From Mobula hypostoma (taxonomy: Eukaryota), in contig NC_086097.1 in NCBI RefSeq assembly GCF_963921235.1, positions 4,340,001 to 4,404,000 of the forward strand: 64,000 nucleotides of DNA, in the 5' to 3' direction. The notes beneath the pieces are model-generated. The model did no database searches. It had not been told where the DNA came from and saw only the letters and a program-made list of their open reading frames with translations. Position numbers and translations under genes: made by a program. Positions 12,831 to 24,149 of the stretch are shown here, piece after piece. Position 1 is the first letter of the stretch. Each line of letters opens with the position of its first letter.

Positions 12831-13289
12831 TTGTCTGGTCCCTTATATTAAAATATTTCCTTATTTTGAAATGGGGTGGTTAGGGTGACATTTTGTGCAA
12901 AGCTCAGACAGAATCAAAATGAATCTATGGTGGAAATAATGGAATAGATTAGTCAAGTTTAAAAAGCTTGAACAATATTTCTGTTAGCTAAAATAATGAG
13001 ATGTTAAAGTGACCCATTTAGATAAATAGATTAGTATTTCCAAAGAAAACAATTGAGCTATTAATCTGGTTAAGTGCTCTGTGTGTGTGGAATATAAAAT
13101 CAAAACTCCGAATAGAATGGCATGAAAGGGATATGGTCATACATATGAGTTCAGAGGATGATGTTGATCTTACAATAGAAAACCACTTTACTGACTTAAA
13201 GTCAATGGAAATGTATATAAGTAAATCCACATTATACTCAATAGTCTCATAGTATACGATTACATCCTTAAATGCATGAAAATTAAATA

Positions 13290-13423
13290 CAACGAGAGAA
13301 CATCTGCAAATGCTGGAAATCCGAGCAGCACATACAAAATGCTGGAGGAACAAAACAGACCAGGCAGCATCTATGGAAAAAATACAGCTGACATTTCAGG
13401 TTGAATCCCTTCGGCAGGACTGA
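13290..13423 (-). mobile_element. Decayed Penelope-derived terminus with a degenerate hammerhead
   Basis: TCTGCAAATGCTGGAAAT...CAAAATGCTGGAGGAAC...CATTTCAGGTTGAATCCCTTCGGCAGGACT. Confidence 0.65.
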
Positions 13424-13599
13424 AAATTAGATAAATGTTTTGCTCATCCCAATACAGAAAAATGTGGTTAAACTGAAAATACTGTAGAAAAGTTCTATTG
13501 TCATGTTGTCAAGTGTAGACCGCCTGAGATGTTGTCCAGGCTAAGTCTTTCTTCTTTGGAACATAGGGTAATGGGGAGGGGAGATTTATAGAAATCTAA

Positions 13600-14375
13600 T
13601 CTGGATCCAGAGCACCTCTTCATTAGTCAAGAAGGCAAACCAATGTCTGCGCTTTCTGAGGAGACTGAGATGTGCGAAGTTCCCTGTCAGCATTCCAGCA
13701 TCTTTCAACAGGAGCACTTTGAAAGGGTGTCCTATCTGGCTGCATCATTGAGCGGTACAAAAGCTGCAAGGCTTTGGACTGCAAGGTCCTACTGGGATAG
13801 TAAAAACTGCCGAGAGGATCGCTGTGGTCTCCTCCCCACTATCTGTGACTTTTATCAGGAGCGTTGAATACAAAGGGCCTGTAGCTTTGCTGAGGATCCC
13901 TACCACCCAAGCCACAATCTCTTTGAGTCACTACCATCAGGAAGGGAGGAGATCCAGGAGCATCAGGACCAGACTGAGTAACAGCTTCTTTCCTCAGGCT
14001 GTGAGACTAATGAATACCATCTGAGATCTCAACACCAGGACAGTGAGCTCTTTGCTGTTTACCTGTGCTGTGCACTACATACATATTGCATTATATTTTA
14101 TATTTTATTAACTTACTTGTGGTGGTATTTTGTTTTACATTCTGTATGTGATATATGTTCTGTGGGTGCACCATGGTCCAGAGGAACATGTCCTGACGAA
14201 GGGTCTTGGCCTGAAACGTCAACTGTACCTCTTTCTAGAGATGCTGCCTGGCCTGCTGCGTTCACCAGCAACTTTGATGTGTGTTGCTTGAATTTCCAGC
14301 ATCTGCAGAATTCCTGTTGTTTCCAGAGGAACATTGTTTGCTTTGGTTGTATATATGTACAGTCAGATGACAACA
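13600..14375 (+). mobile_element. Decayed Rex1/Babar-like LINE 3' part, interrupted at 14190-14321
   Basis: RSIRTRLSNSFFPQAVRLMN remnant and the shared 3' UTR. Confidence 0.7.
14190..14321 (+). mobile_element. 132-bp single-arm Penelope-derived insertion beginning at the hammerhead 5' edge
   Basis: GTCCTGACGAAGGGTCTTGGCCTGAAACGTC...CTGCAGAATTCCTGTTGTT; 13-bp TSD TCCAGAGGAACAT at 14177-14189 and 14322-14334. Confidence 0.85.
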
Positions 14376-14377
14376 AA

Positions 14378-14690
14378 AGACTATAAGACCAGAAAATTAG
14401 GCCATTTTGCTCAATCGAGTCAGCTCCACTATTTTATCATGGCTGATCCAATTTTTCACTCAGCCCCAATCTCTGGCCTTCTGCTCATATCCCTTCATGC
14501 CCTGACTAATCCAGCATCAATCAAACTCTGCCTTAAATATACATAAACACTTGGCCTCCCCAGCTGCCTGCAGCAAAGAATTCCACAGATTCACCACTTT
14601 TTGGCTAAAGAAACTCCTCATTTCCAATCTAAAAGGATGCCCCTCTTTTCTGAGGCTGTGTCCTCTCATCTTAGACTCTCTCACTATGGG
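14378..14690 (-). mobile_element. CR1 3' end fragment
   Basis: RGHSLRKEGHPF..FFSQKVVNLWNSL remnant. Confidence 0.78.
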
Positions 14691-15029
14691 AAACATGATA
14701 AAATAGGCTGTAGTCACGACGGTTTCTTCAAGGGAAAGTCTTGCCTGAGAAATCAGTTGGCATTCTTTGAAGAAATAACAAGCAGGATAGACAAAGGAGA
14801 ATCGATTGATGTTGTGAACTTGGATTTTCTGAAGGCCTTTGACAAGGTGCCACACCAGGCTGCTTAACAAGCTATGAGCCCATGGTATTACAGGAAAGAT
14901 TATGGTGTAATGCCCCGATTCATATTTTTACTGTTATGGGGTAGGTATTTCATTTAGCAGTTCTGTAAGAACTGTCTGTTCTGCTGTCAGCCTGTTTGAG
15001 TTATTGTTGAAGATAAGGGATGGTGAGGT

Positions 15030-16813
15030 AAACACAAAATACTCTGCAGATGCTGGGGTCAAAGCAAAACTCACAACACGCTGGAGGAACTCAGCAGGTC
15101 GGGCAGCATCCGTGGAAAAGATCGGTCGACGTTTCGGGCCGGAACTCTTCGTCAGGACTGAAGAGGGAAGGGGCAGAGGCCCTATAAAGAAGGTGGGGGG
15201 AGAGTGGGAAGGAGAAGGCTGGTAGGTTCCAGGTGAAAAACCAGTAAGGGGAAAGATAAAGGGGTGGGGAAGGAAGGCAGGGAGCTGGTAGGCAGGAAAG
15301 GTGAAGAAGGAATAGGGGAAAATACAATGGGTAGTAGAAGGAGGCGGAACCATGAGGGAGGTGATAGGCAGCTGGGGGAGGGGGCAGAGTGAAATAGGGA
15401 TAGGGGAAGAGAGGGGGAGGGAATTACCCGAAGTTGGAGAATTCTATGTTCATACCAAGGGGCTGGAGACTACCTAGATGGTATATAAGGTGTTGCTCCT
15501 CCAACCTGAGTTTAGCTTCATCATGGCAGTAGAGGAGGCCATGTATGGACATATCTGAATTGGAATGGGAAGCAGAATTGAAGTGGGTGGCAACTGGGAG
15601 ATCCTGTCTGTTTTGGCGGACGGAGCGGAGGTGCCGACGAAGTGGCCCCCCAATCTGTGTCGGGTTTCACCGATGTAGAGGAGGCCACACCGGGAGCACT
15701 GGATGCAATAGATGACCCCAGCAGACTCACAAGTGAAGTGTTGCCTCACCTGGAAGGACTGTTTGGGGCCCTGAATGGTGGCAAGAGAGAAGGTGTAGGG
15801 ACAGGTGTAGCAGTTAAGCTTACAGGGATAATTGCCGGGTGGGAGATCCGTGGGGAGGGACGTGTGGATCAGGGAGTTGCGGAGGGAACGATCCCTGCAG
15901 AAAGCAGAGAGGGGTAGAGAGGGAAAGATGTGCTTAGTGGTGGGGTCTTGTTGAAGGTGGTGGAAGTTGCGGAGGATAATGGGGGACTGCTTCATCGAGC
16001 ACCTCCGCTCCGTCTGCCACAACAGACAGGATCTCCGCATTGCCACCCATTTCAACTTTGCTTCACATTCCCACTCTGATATGTCCATACATGGCCTCCT
16101 CTACCGCCATGATGAGGCTAAACTCAGGTTGGAAGAGCAAAACCTCATATACCGTCTAGGTAGTCTCCAGCCCCTTGGTATGAACATAGAATTCTCCAAC
16201 TTCTGGTAATTTCCTCCCCCTCTCTTCCCGTATCCCAGTTTCACTCTGCCCCCTCCCCCGGCTGCCTACTACCTCCCTCATGGTTCTGCCTCCTTCTACT
16301 ACCCATTGTGTTTTCCCCTATTCCTTCTTCACCTTACCTGCCTATCACCTTACATCAAAGTTGCTGGTGAACGCAGCAGGCCAAGCAGCATCTATAGGAA
16401 GAGGTGCAGTCGACGTTTCAGGCCGAGACCCTTCGTCAGGACTAACTGAAGGAAGAGTCCTGACGAAGGGTCTCGGCCTGAAACGTTGACTGCACCTCTT
16501 CCTGTAGATGCTGCTTGGCCTGCTGCGTTCACCAGCAACTTTGATGTATGTTGCTTGAATTTCCAGCATCTGCAGAATTCCTGTTGTCTGCCTATCACCT
16601 CCCTGCCTCCCCTCCCCCACCCCTTTATCTTTCCCCTTACTGGTTTTTCACCTGGAACCTACCAGCCTTCTCCTTCCCACCCTCCCCCCACCTTCTTTAT
16701 AGGGCCTCTGCCCCTTCCCTCTTCAGTCCTGACGAAGGGTTCCGGCCCGAAACGTTGACTGATCGTTTCCACGGATGCTGCCTGACCTGCTGAGTTCCTC
16801 CAGCGTGTTGTGA
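15030..16813. mobile_element. Neptune-type Penelope-like retroelement: inverted pair of 5'-truncated copies with GIY-YIG endonuclease remnant and terminal hammerheads
   Basis: Minus ORF 15474-16088 has a CKLNCYTC linker and FTCESAGVIYCIQCSRCGLLYIGET. The plus arm (about 15981-16813) is the reverse complement of 15071-15640. Hammerheads at 15124-15159 (-) and 16725-16760 (+). Confidence 0.88.
16351..16587 (+). mobile_element. Fold-back hammerhead unit nested in the Penelope element
   Basis: 93-bp inverted arms 16351-16443 and 16456-16548 with a 12-nt spacer; 13-bp TSD CTGCCTATCACCT at 16338-16350 and 16588-16600. Confidence 0.88.
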
Positions 16814-17180
16814 CTGATGATGAGAAATGTGTGCCATCCAATTAGGATGCTGGAACGTGGGGGAGGTTTCTTTGGTGAGGGACACTACGGTTGGGCTTAC
16901 GGTTTTTTGTTCGGTGGGAGATGAAGAGAGAAGCGGCTGGGGAGACCCTGTCGTAGGATACGAATGGGTGGGAGACTGTTTGTTCGAGATGGATTGTGAG
17001 TGACGTTTGAAAGGTGTTGTGTGCTTTCTCACTGATGAGGGCTCAGCTCGTGAGTGACAGAGAAGTTCACAATGAGCTCCAGCTTGTGTGCATTGGACTG
17101 TTTAAATAGAATGGGCCCTTTTCTTTTTGTTATTCCTTACTAACCCTTTAGTTGTTAAGATTCATAAACATAATTCCTTT

Positions 17181-19230
17181 AATCAGAATCAGAATCAGAA
17201 TCAGGTTTATTATCACTGGCATGTGACGTGAAATTTGTTCACTTAGCAGCAGCAATTCAATGCATTACATAATCTAGCAGAGAGAAAAAAATAATAAATA
17301 AAATGAAACATAATAAATAAACAAGTAAATCAATTACATATATTGAATAGATTATTGAAAAATGTGCAAAAACAGAAATACTGTATATTAAAAAGGTGAG
17401 GTAGTGCCCAAAGCTTCAAAGTCCATTTAGGAATCGGATGGCAGAGGGGAAGAAGCTGTTCCTGAATCGCTGAGTGTGTGCCTTCAGGCTTCTGTATCTC
17501 CTCCCTGATTGTAACAGTGAGAAAAGGGCATGCCCTGGGTGCTGGAGGTCTTTAATAATGGACGCTGCCTTTCTGAGACACCGCTCCCTGAAGATGTCCT
17601 GGGTACTTTCTGGGCTAGCGCCCAAGATGGAGCTGACTAGATTTACAACCTTCTGCAGCTTCTTTCGGTCCTGTGCAGTAGCCCCTCCATACCAGACCGT
17701 GATGCAGCCTGTCAGAATGCTCTCCACGGTACAACTATAGAAGTTTTTGAGCATATTTGTTGACATGCCAAATCGTTTCAAACTTCTAATAAAGTATAGC
17801 CGCTGTCTTGCCTTCTTTATGACTATATCAATGTGTTGGGACCAGGTTAGATCCCCAGAGATCTTGACACCCAGGAATTTGAAACTGCTCATTCTCTCCA
17901 CTTCTGATCCCTCTATGAGGATTGGTGTGTGTTCCTTCGTCTTATCTTACCTGAAGTCTGGAGGAGAAGATGGCGGCGCGACACAGCACACGCAGCCACT
18001 CTGGTGAATAATATCTGTTATCTGTCAAGTAGGGTACCGTGCACAATTCTGATTTGATGGAGACAGACGTGAGCGTATGGAGGAACATCTGGAGAAACTT
18101 CCGAAATGCCCGCTTCGCTGCCACTGCTACTGTGTGGTCCGGAATCTCCGGAGGAGAAGGCCCCAAATCCTCGGCTTTGCTTGTTTCGGCAGCCGGGGTG
18201 AGGTTGAAGGCGCTCAGCAGAGGATGGCGCTCGGGAGGCTGTATTGGAGGGGATGGTCGGAGGCTCAAAGTTTTCGGACGGATCGATTCAGTGTCGGTTG
18301 TGGTCGGCTGCTTCCAAGGCATCGGGCAAGTTGACGGTGCCTGGAGGTTTATGGCAGGGAGTTTCTCCCTTTTGCCACCTGCTATTGGGGACTCGGGAGT
18401 CGATCGGGACTTTGAGTTTTTTTTTTACCGTGCCCATGGTCTGTTCTTCATCAAATTATGGTATTGCTTTGCACTGCTGTAACTATATGTTATAATTATG
18501 TGGTTCTGTCAGTGTAGTCTTTGGTTTGTCCTGTTTTTCTGTGATATCACTCTGGAGGAACATTGTATCATTTCTTAATGCATGTGTGCATTTCTAAATG
18601 ACAATAAACGAGGACTGAGTGTTCTCATAATCCAATCTAATCTAAGAAGTCCACAATCAGCTCTTTCGTCTTACTGACGTTGAGTGCCAGGTTGTTGCTG
18701 CGGTACTGTTCCACTAGTTGGCATATCTCACTCCTGTACACCCCCTCATCTCCATCTGAGATTCTACCAACAATGGTTGTATCAACAGAAAATTTGTAGA
18801 TGGTGCTTGAGCTATGCTTAGCCACACAGTCATGTGTAGAGAGAGAGTAGAGCAGTGGGCTAAGTACACACCCCTCAGGTGTGTCAGTGTTGATCGTCAG
18901 CGAGGAGGAGATGTTATCACCAATCCACACAGACTGTGGTCTTCCGGTTAGGAAGTCGAGGTTCCAATTACAGAGGGAGGTACAGAGGCCCAGGTTCTGC
19001 AACTTCTCAATTAGGATTGTATAAAATGTTGAGCTATAGTTGATGAACAGCATCGGAGTTTGTGTTGTCCAGGTGGTCTAAAGTCGTGTGGAGAGCCATG
19101 GAAATTATGTCTGCCATTGACCCATTGTGGTGATAGGCAAATTGCAGTGGGTCCAGGTCCTTGCTGAGGCAGGAGATCAGTCTAGGCACAACCAACCTCT
19201 CAAAGCATTTCATCACTGTCGATGTGAGTG
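17181..19230 (-). mobile_element. 5'-truncated Rex1/Babar-type LINE, interrupted at 17959-18645
   Basis: ORFs 19034-19216 (MKCFERLV, LDPLQFAY), 18637-19053 and 17416-17901 (KARQRLYFIRSLKRFG); (TTCTGA)n tail. Confidence 0.9.
17959..18645 (+). mobile_element. About 690-bp non-coding non-autonomous retroposon with LINE-like 5' end and (TCTAA)n tail
   Basis: Begins GGAGGAGAAGATGGCGGCG, ends ATGACAATAAAC...TCTAATCTAA; GAAGTC duplicated on both sides; second copy at 28536-30082. Confidence 0.75.
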
Positions 19231-19994
19231 CATCACAGTGTACTGTCAGCTATTTCACGGCACCAATTTGTAACAGGGTAGCAAATGACACAGCATCCAC
19301 ACAAACTGGGGTTTGGGTGGGAGAGCCGTCTCAATCTTATGGGTTTGGCAGGACCGGAGAGTGACTTCCCTAGACTTATGCAGCCAATGAAACCAGGGGG
19401 TTTCACTAGCATGGATAAAGCAGTGGCTGATTTGTGGAAGGCAAAGAGTGGGAATAAATGGAGCCTTTTCTGACTGGCTGCCAGTGACTAGTGTTCCTCA
19501 GGGGTCTGTATTGGGACCGATTCTTTTTACGCTATATGTCAATGACTTGGATGATGGAATTGATGGCCTTTTTGCAAAGTTTGCAGACGATATGAAGAAA
19601 GGTGGAGGAGCAGGTAGTTTTGAGGGTGTAGAGAGGCTGCAGAGGGACTTGTAGGATGGCCTAAACGTTAATTGCAGGTTGAGCCTGTGGTGAGGAAGGC
19701 AAATGCAATGTTTGCATTCATTTCAAGAGGACTGGAATATAAAAGCAAGGATGTAATTTTGAGGCTTTATAAAGCACTGGTGAGGTCTCACTTAGAGTAT
19801 TGTGAGCAGTTTTGGGCCCCTTATCTTAGAAAGGATGCGATGAAACTGTAGAAGGTTCAAAGGAGATTCATGAAAATGATTTCAGGATTGAATGGCCTGT
19901 CATATGAAGAGTGTGAGATGGCTCTGGGTCTGTATTCACTAAAATTCAGAAGAATAAGGTGTGACCTCATTGAAACCTTTCGAATAGTGAAAGG

Positions 19995-20227
19995 TGATGC
20001 ACTATCAATTACTCCAAAAGACTGGAAGTAGAGTAAATACTGAAAGGCTTTTATTAACAGTAAAAATGGATCCACATTCATGCAGAATATCTGTCATGGA
20101 CTGAGGGAGGAGCAGTGACACAATCGTCTTTATTCAGGGGTCTGTGGGAGGAGCCACAGGAGCAGTCAGCAGAGGGGCGTGTCCAGACAGGTAACCCAGT
20201 TACAACCTATATACATGGTTTACCACA
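19995..20227 (-). mobile_element. 233-bp solo LTR
   Basis: TG...CA termini; 5-bp TSD AAAGG at 19990-19994 and 20228-20232; AATAAA on the minus strand; interrupts a CR1. Confidence 0.8.
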
Positions 20228-20614
20228 AAAGGCCTTGATAGAGTGGATGTGGAGAGGATGTTTACTATGTGGACGAGTTTAAGACCAGAGAAAGTAGCCT
20301 CAGGATCGAGGGGGATCCTTTTAGAACAGAGTTGTGGAGGAATTTCTTTATCCAGAGAGTGTTGAATCTGTGGAACTTTTTGCCACAGGCAGCTGTGGAG
20401 GCCAGGCCTTCATTTATATTTAAGGCAGAGGTTGAGAGATTGTTGACTGGTTAGGACATGGAGAGAAGGCAGGAGAATGGACTGAGAGGAAAATTGGATC
20501 AGCCAAAATGAAATGGTGGAGCTGACTTGATGGGCTGGATGGTATAATTCTACTCCTATATCTTGTGATCTTAGGCCTCACCAATGTATTACACAACTTC
20601 CATCTCTTGCATCA

Positions 20615-21380
20615 TATCATAGAATCATAGAAATCTACAGCACATTACAGGCCCTTCGGCCCACAATGTTGTGCTGACAATGTAACCTACTCTAGAAGCT
20701 GCCTAGAATTTCAATACCATATAGCCCTCTATTTTTCTAAGCTCCATGTACCTATCTAAGTGAGTCGTACAAGACCATATTGTATCCACTTCCACCACTG
20801 CCAGCGGCAGTTTATTCCACGCACCCACCACCCTCTGCAGGAAAATCTTACCTCTAACATACCTGCTTCCAAGCACCTTAAAACTGTGCCCCCTCGTGTT
20901 AGCTATTCCAGCCCTGGGAAAATGCCTCTGGCTATCCACACGATCAATGCCTCTCATCATCTGATACACCTCTATCAGGTCACCCCTCATCTCCTGTCAT
21001 TCCAAGAAGAAAAGGACAAGTTCACTCAACCTATTCTCATAAGGCACACTCTGCAATCCAGGAAGCATCCTTGTAAATCACCTCTGCACTCTCTCTATAG
21101 TATCCATGTTCTTCCTGTGGTGAGGTGACCAGAACTGAACACAGTATTCCAAGTGGGGTCTGACCATGGTCTTATATAGCTGTAACATTACCTCAAGGCT
21201 CTTGAACTCAATCCCAGGGTTGATAAAGGCCATCACACCATATGCATTCTTAGCAACACTGTCAACCTATTGGCATGAACCCCGAGATCTCTCAGATCTT
21301 CCACACTGCCAAGGGTCTTACTATTTATATTACGTTCTGTCTTTAAATTGGACCTACCAAAACAAACCACCTCACACTTA
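20615..21380 (-). mobile_element. CR1 3' fragment
   Basis: ORF 20703-20990 (RGDLIEVYQMMRG, QRVVGAWN); (TTCTATGA)n tail. Confidence 0.82.
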
Positions 21381-22559
21381 TGTGGGTGCACTCTATACTT
21401 TGATTTATGAAGGCCAATGTGACTAAAGCTGTTAATAACCTTATGTTTCTCGCAACAGTCTGTGATCTCTTTACAAATTTGTTCCCCTAAGTCCCTAGGA
21501 CTTTCTTTCATCATTTGCACGATTTCTCTTTTGCACATTGGAGGTTTGTCAGACTTTGTTTTGTGGGTTTTTTTTCTTGGAATTTGTTATTTTTTTTTGT
21601 TTTATGGTTGCCTACAAGAAGATAACTCTCAAGGTTGTTCATGGTATACATGTTTTGATATATATTTACCTTAAACTTTGAAATCTTGAGCAAAACACAC
21701 AAAATTCTGGAGGAACTCAGCAGGCCAGGCTGTGCTCTCTCTACAGGTGCTGTCTGACCTGCTGAATTCACCCCGTGTTTTTGTGGAATAGGCTTGCAAC
21801 TGTAGGTTATTTTAACTTCACGCACATTGACTGAGCCTGCATTAGATGGAGCAAAATTTGTCATGTGTGTACAAGAATGTATTCTAAAATAGTATGTAGA
21901 GGACTCTACTGGAGAATATGTTACTCTCATCCTCCATTACTTCAAGGAAAAAAAGCCAAGTCACTAAATCAATTCTCAAAGGGTACAAGAAGCAAGTGGA
22001 GGAAGTCAGCACATTTTTTGTGACACAATTCCCAGAAAGACATCAGTGTAATGGCTACTCAAACAAGCCAATACCACTTTGGAGACTGAGTGGAGGGGTG
22101 TTGATTCTGTGTAACTTGCTTTCAATTCATTAGCAAGGCTGCAAAGTTGAAGAATACGTTCAATATCTTATTAAGAAACCAGTAAAACAACCTCGAAGTG
22201 ATAAAACTAATAAAACTAAAACTAGTGATATAACAACTAAACAGCCTTGGCCTGTTAAATATACTTAAGCCAAGAATTCTTAAATGTATTCAAGAATATT
22301 TAAATATATTTAAGTCTATTAAAGCAACTTTAAGCATGTTTCATCTTCCTTCAATATAGTTACGCAAACTTAAGCAGTCAACAAAAAGATATCAGCCCTT
22401 AGCTCACTCCAAAAATAAGACTATCCCCCAAAGACAATGCATGAATTTGTACATCTCAGTCTCAAAGAGTCACCAGATTGTGTAGAGAAAGAAAACGTTT
22501 AAAAGAAGTGAGCAAGGGCAGTCAACACATTTTGCGGACTACAGTCCTAAGGAGACATT

Positions 22560-24135
22560 GGATTGCACTTGGCAAGGACCAATAAGAAGAAGTTAAGTTG
22601 AAGTGGAGTGGCCATTGTGTAAGTGGGCCAGTGTTGGAGTGGGGAGTTGAGATTTTGGTTCATCAAGTCTTTGGCGAGGAGAAGCATTGGCTGTCTGTGG
22701 AATTTTTTTCATTATTTATTCTTTCTTTTTTCTTATTGCACATTGAGAGCAGTGGTGATGCCAGGCAGATAGTGGAATACCCCTCTTGTGAGATGTGGGA
22801 CGGCAAGGAGACCTCCAGTATCTCCGATGGCTTTCCCTGCAGGGAGTGCATTCAGCTGGAACTGGATGAACTCCAGATCATTTAGGAGGCTGAGGATATG
22901 ATAGATAGGTCATATAGAGAGGTAGTTACTGGGATACAGGTAGCTAGGTGACTGTCAGGAGGGGGAAAGGGGATAAGCAGCCAGTGCAAAGTAACTCTAT
23001 TCTGCCATCTCTATTTCCTGAGGAGACTGAGGCCCTTTAACATCTGCCGGACGATGCTGAGGATGTTCTACGAGTCTGTGGTGGCCAGCGTGATCATGTT
23101 TGCTGTTGTGTGCTGGGGCAGCAGGCTGAGGGTAGCAGACACCAACAGAATCAACACTCATTCGTAAGGCCAGTGATGTTGTGGGGATGGAACTGGACTT
23201 TCTGACGGTGGTGTCTGAAAAGAGGGTGCTGTCCAAGTTGCATGCCATCTTGGACAATGTCTCCCATCCACTACATAATGTACTGGGTGGGCACAGGAGT
23301 ACATTCAGCCAGAGACTCATTCCACCGAGATGCAACACAGAGCGTCATAGGAAGTCATTCCTGCCTGTGGCCATCAAACTTTACAACTCCTCCCTTGGAG
23401 GGTCAGACACCCTGAGCCAATAGGCGGGTCCTGGACTTCTTTCCTGGCATAATTTACATATTACTATTTAATTATTTATGGTTTTATTACTATTTATTAT
23501 TTATGGTGCAACTGTAACAAAAACTAATTTTCCCCGGGATTAATAAAGTATGACTATGACTATGACTATGACTTTATGGCCATCCCCCTCAACACTAGGT
23601 ATACCACTTTGAATACTGCTGCGGTGGGGGGGGGGTGATGACCTACAAGAGGAAAGTCACAGCAGTCAGGTCTCTGGTACAGAGTCTGGCTCAGTGGCTC
23701 AGAAGGGAAGTGGGGGAGAGGAGATGAGCTGTAGTGATAGAGGATTTGTTGGTTAGGGGAACAGAAAGGAGGTTCTGTGGATGAGAATGAGATTCCCGGA
23801 TGGTTTGTTGCCTCCTAAGTTCCATGGTCCAGGACGTCTCGGACTGAGTCCACAGCATTCTTAAGTGGGAGGGTGAACAACCAGAGGTCATGGTCCATGT
23901 CAGTATCAAAGACATGGACAGGAGAGATGGTGAGGTCCTGCAAAGTGATTTCAGGGAGTTAGTTACTAAGCTGAAGGAGAGGACCTCCAGGGTTGTGATC
24001 TCAGGATTGCTACCTGTGCCATGTGCTAGTGAGGCCAGAAATAGGAAGATCATACAGTTTAACACGACAGCTAAGGAGATGGTACAAGAGGGAGGCTTCA
24101 TATTTTTTAGATCATCGGGCTCTCCAACAGGGAAA
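22560..24135 (+). mobile_element. CR1 5' region / ORF1 (esterase) remnant, split by a Rex1-like fragment
   Basis: CRECIQL zinc-finger remnant and RTSRVVISGLLPVP; homologous to ORF1 at 36447-37405. Confidence 0.75.
22998..23573 (+). mobile_element. Rex1/Babar-like LINE 3' fragment, (ATGACT)n tail
   Basis: SHPLH...RHRKSFLPVAIKLYN; AATAAA followed by TATGAC repeats. Confidence 0.8.
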
Positions 24136-24149
24136 GTGGGGCTTGTGCA

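Larger units (their letters stand above)
14906..19405. mobile_element. Probable solo LTR, about 670 bp net, carrying nested Penelope and Rex1 insertions
   Basis: Termini TGTAATGCCCC ... GGGGGTTTCA lie exactly at the CR1 break. Net pieces are 14906-15029, 16814-17180 and 19231-19405. The candidate 4-bp TSD is degenerate (ATGG/CTAG). Confidence 0.6.
14691..20575 (+). mobile_element. CR1 RT remnant split by a 4.5-kb nested block (14906-19405) and a solo LTR (19995-20227)
   Basis: ...CAGGAAAGATT (to 14901) resumes as CTAGCATGGATAAAGCAGTGG (from 19406); the uninterrupted sequence occurs at about 39612-39645. PQGSVLGP and KFADD are in 19448-19654. Confidence 0.8.

Noticed and set aside
14378..14901. 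Twin-priming inversion of a single CR1
   Set aside because: The plus-strand part has its own 3' end at about 20570, so two separate insertions explain it equally well.
16280..16841. Recurrent peptides such as LLVNAAGQAAS and DAAWPAAFTSNFDV in several ORFs
   Set aside because: Chance translations of the non-coding hammerhead unit in various frames.
21800..22500. Possible host exon in apparently unique sequence
   Set aside because: No recognisable protein motif or convincing splice-site pair.
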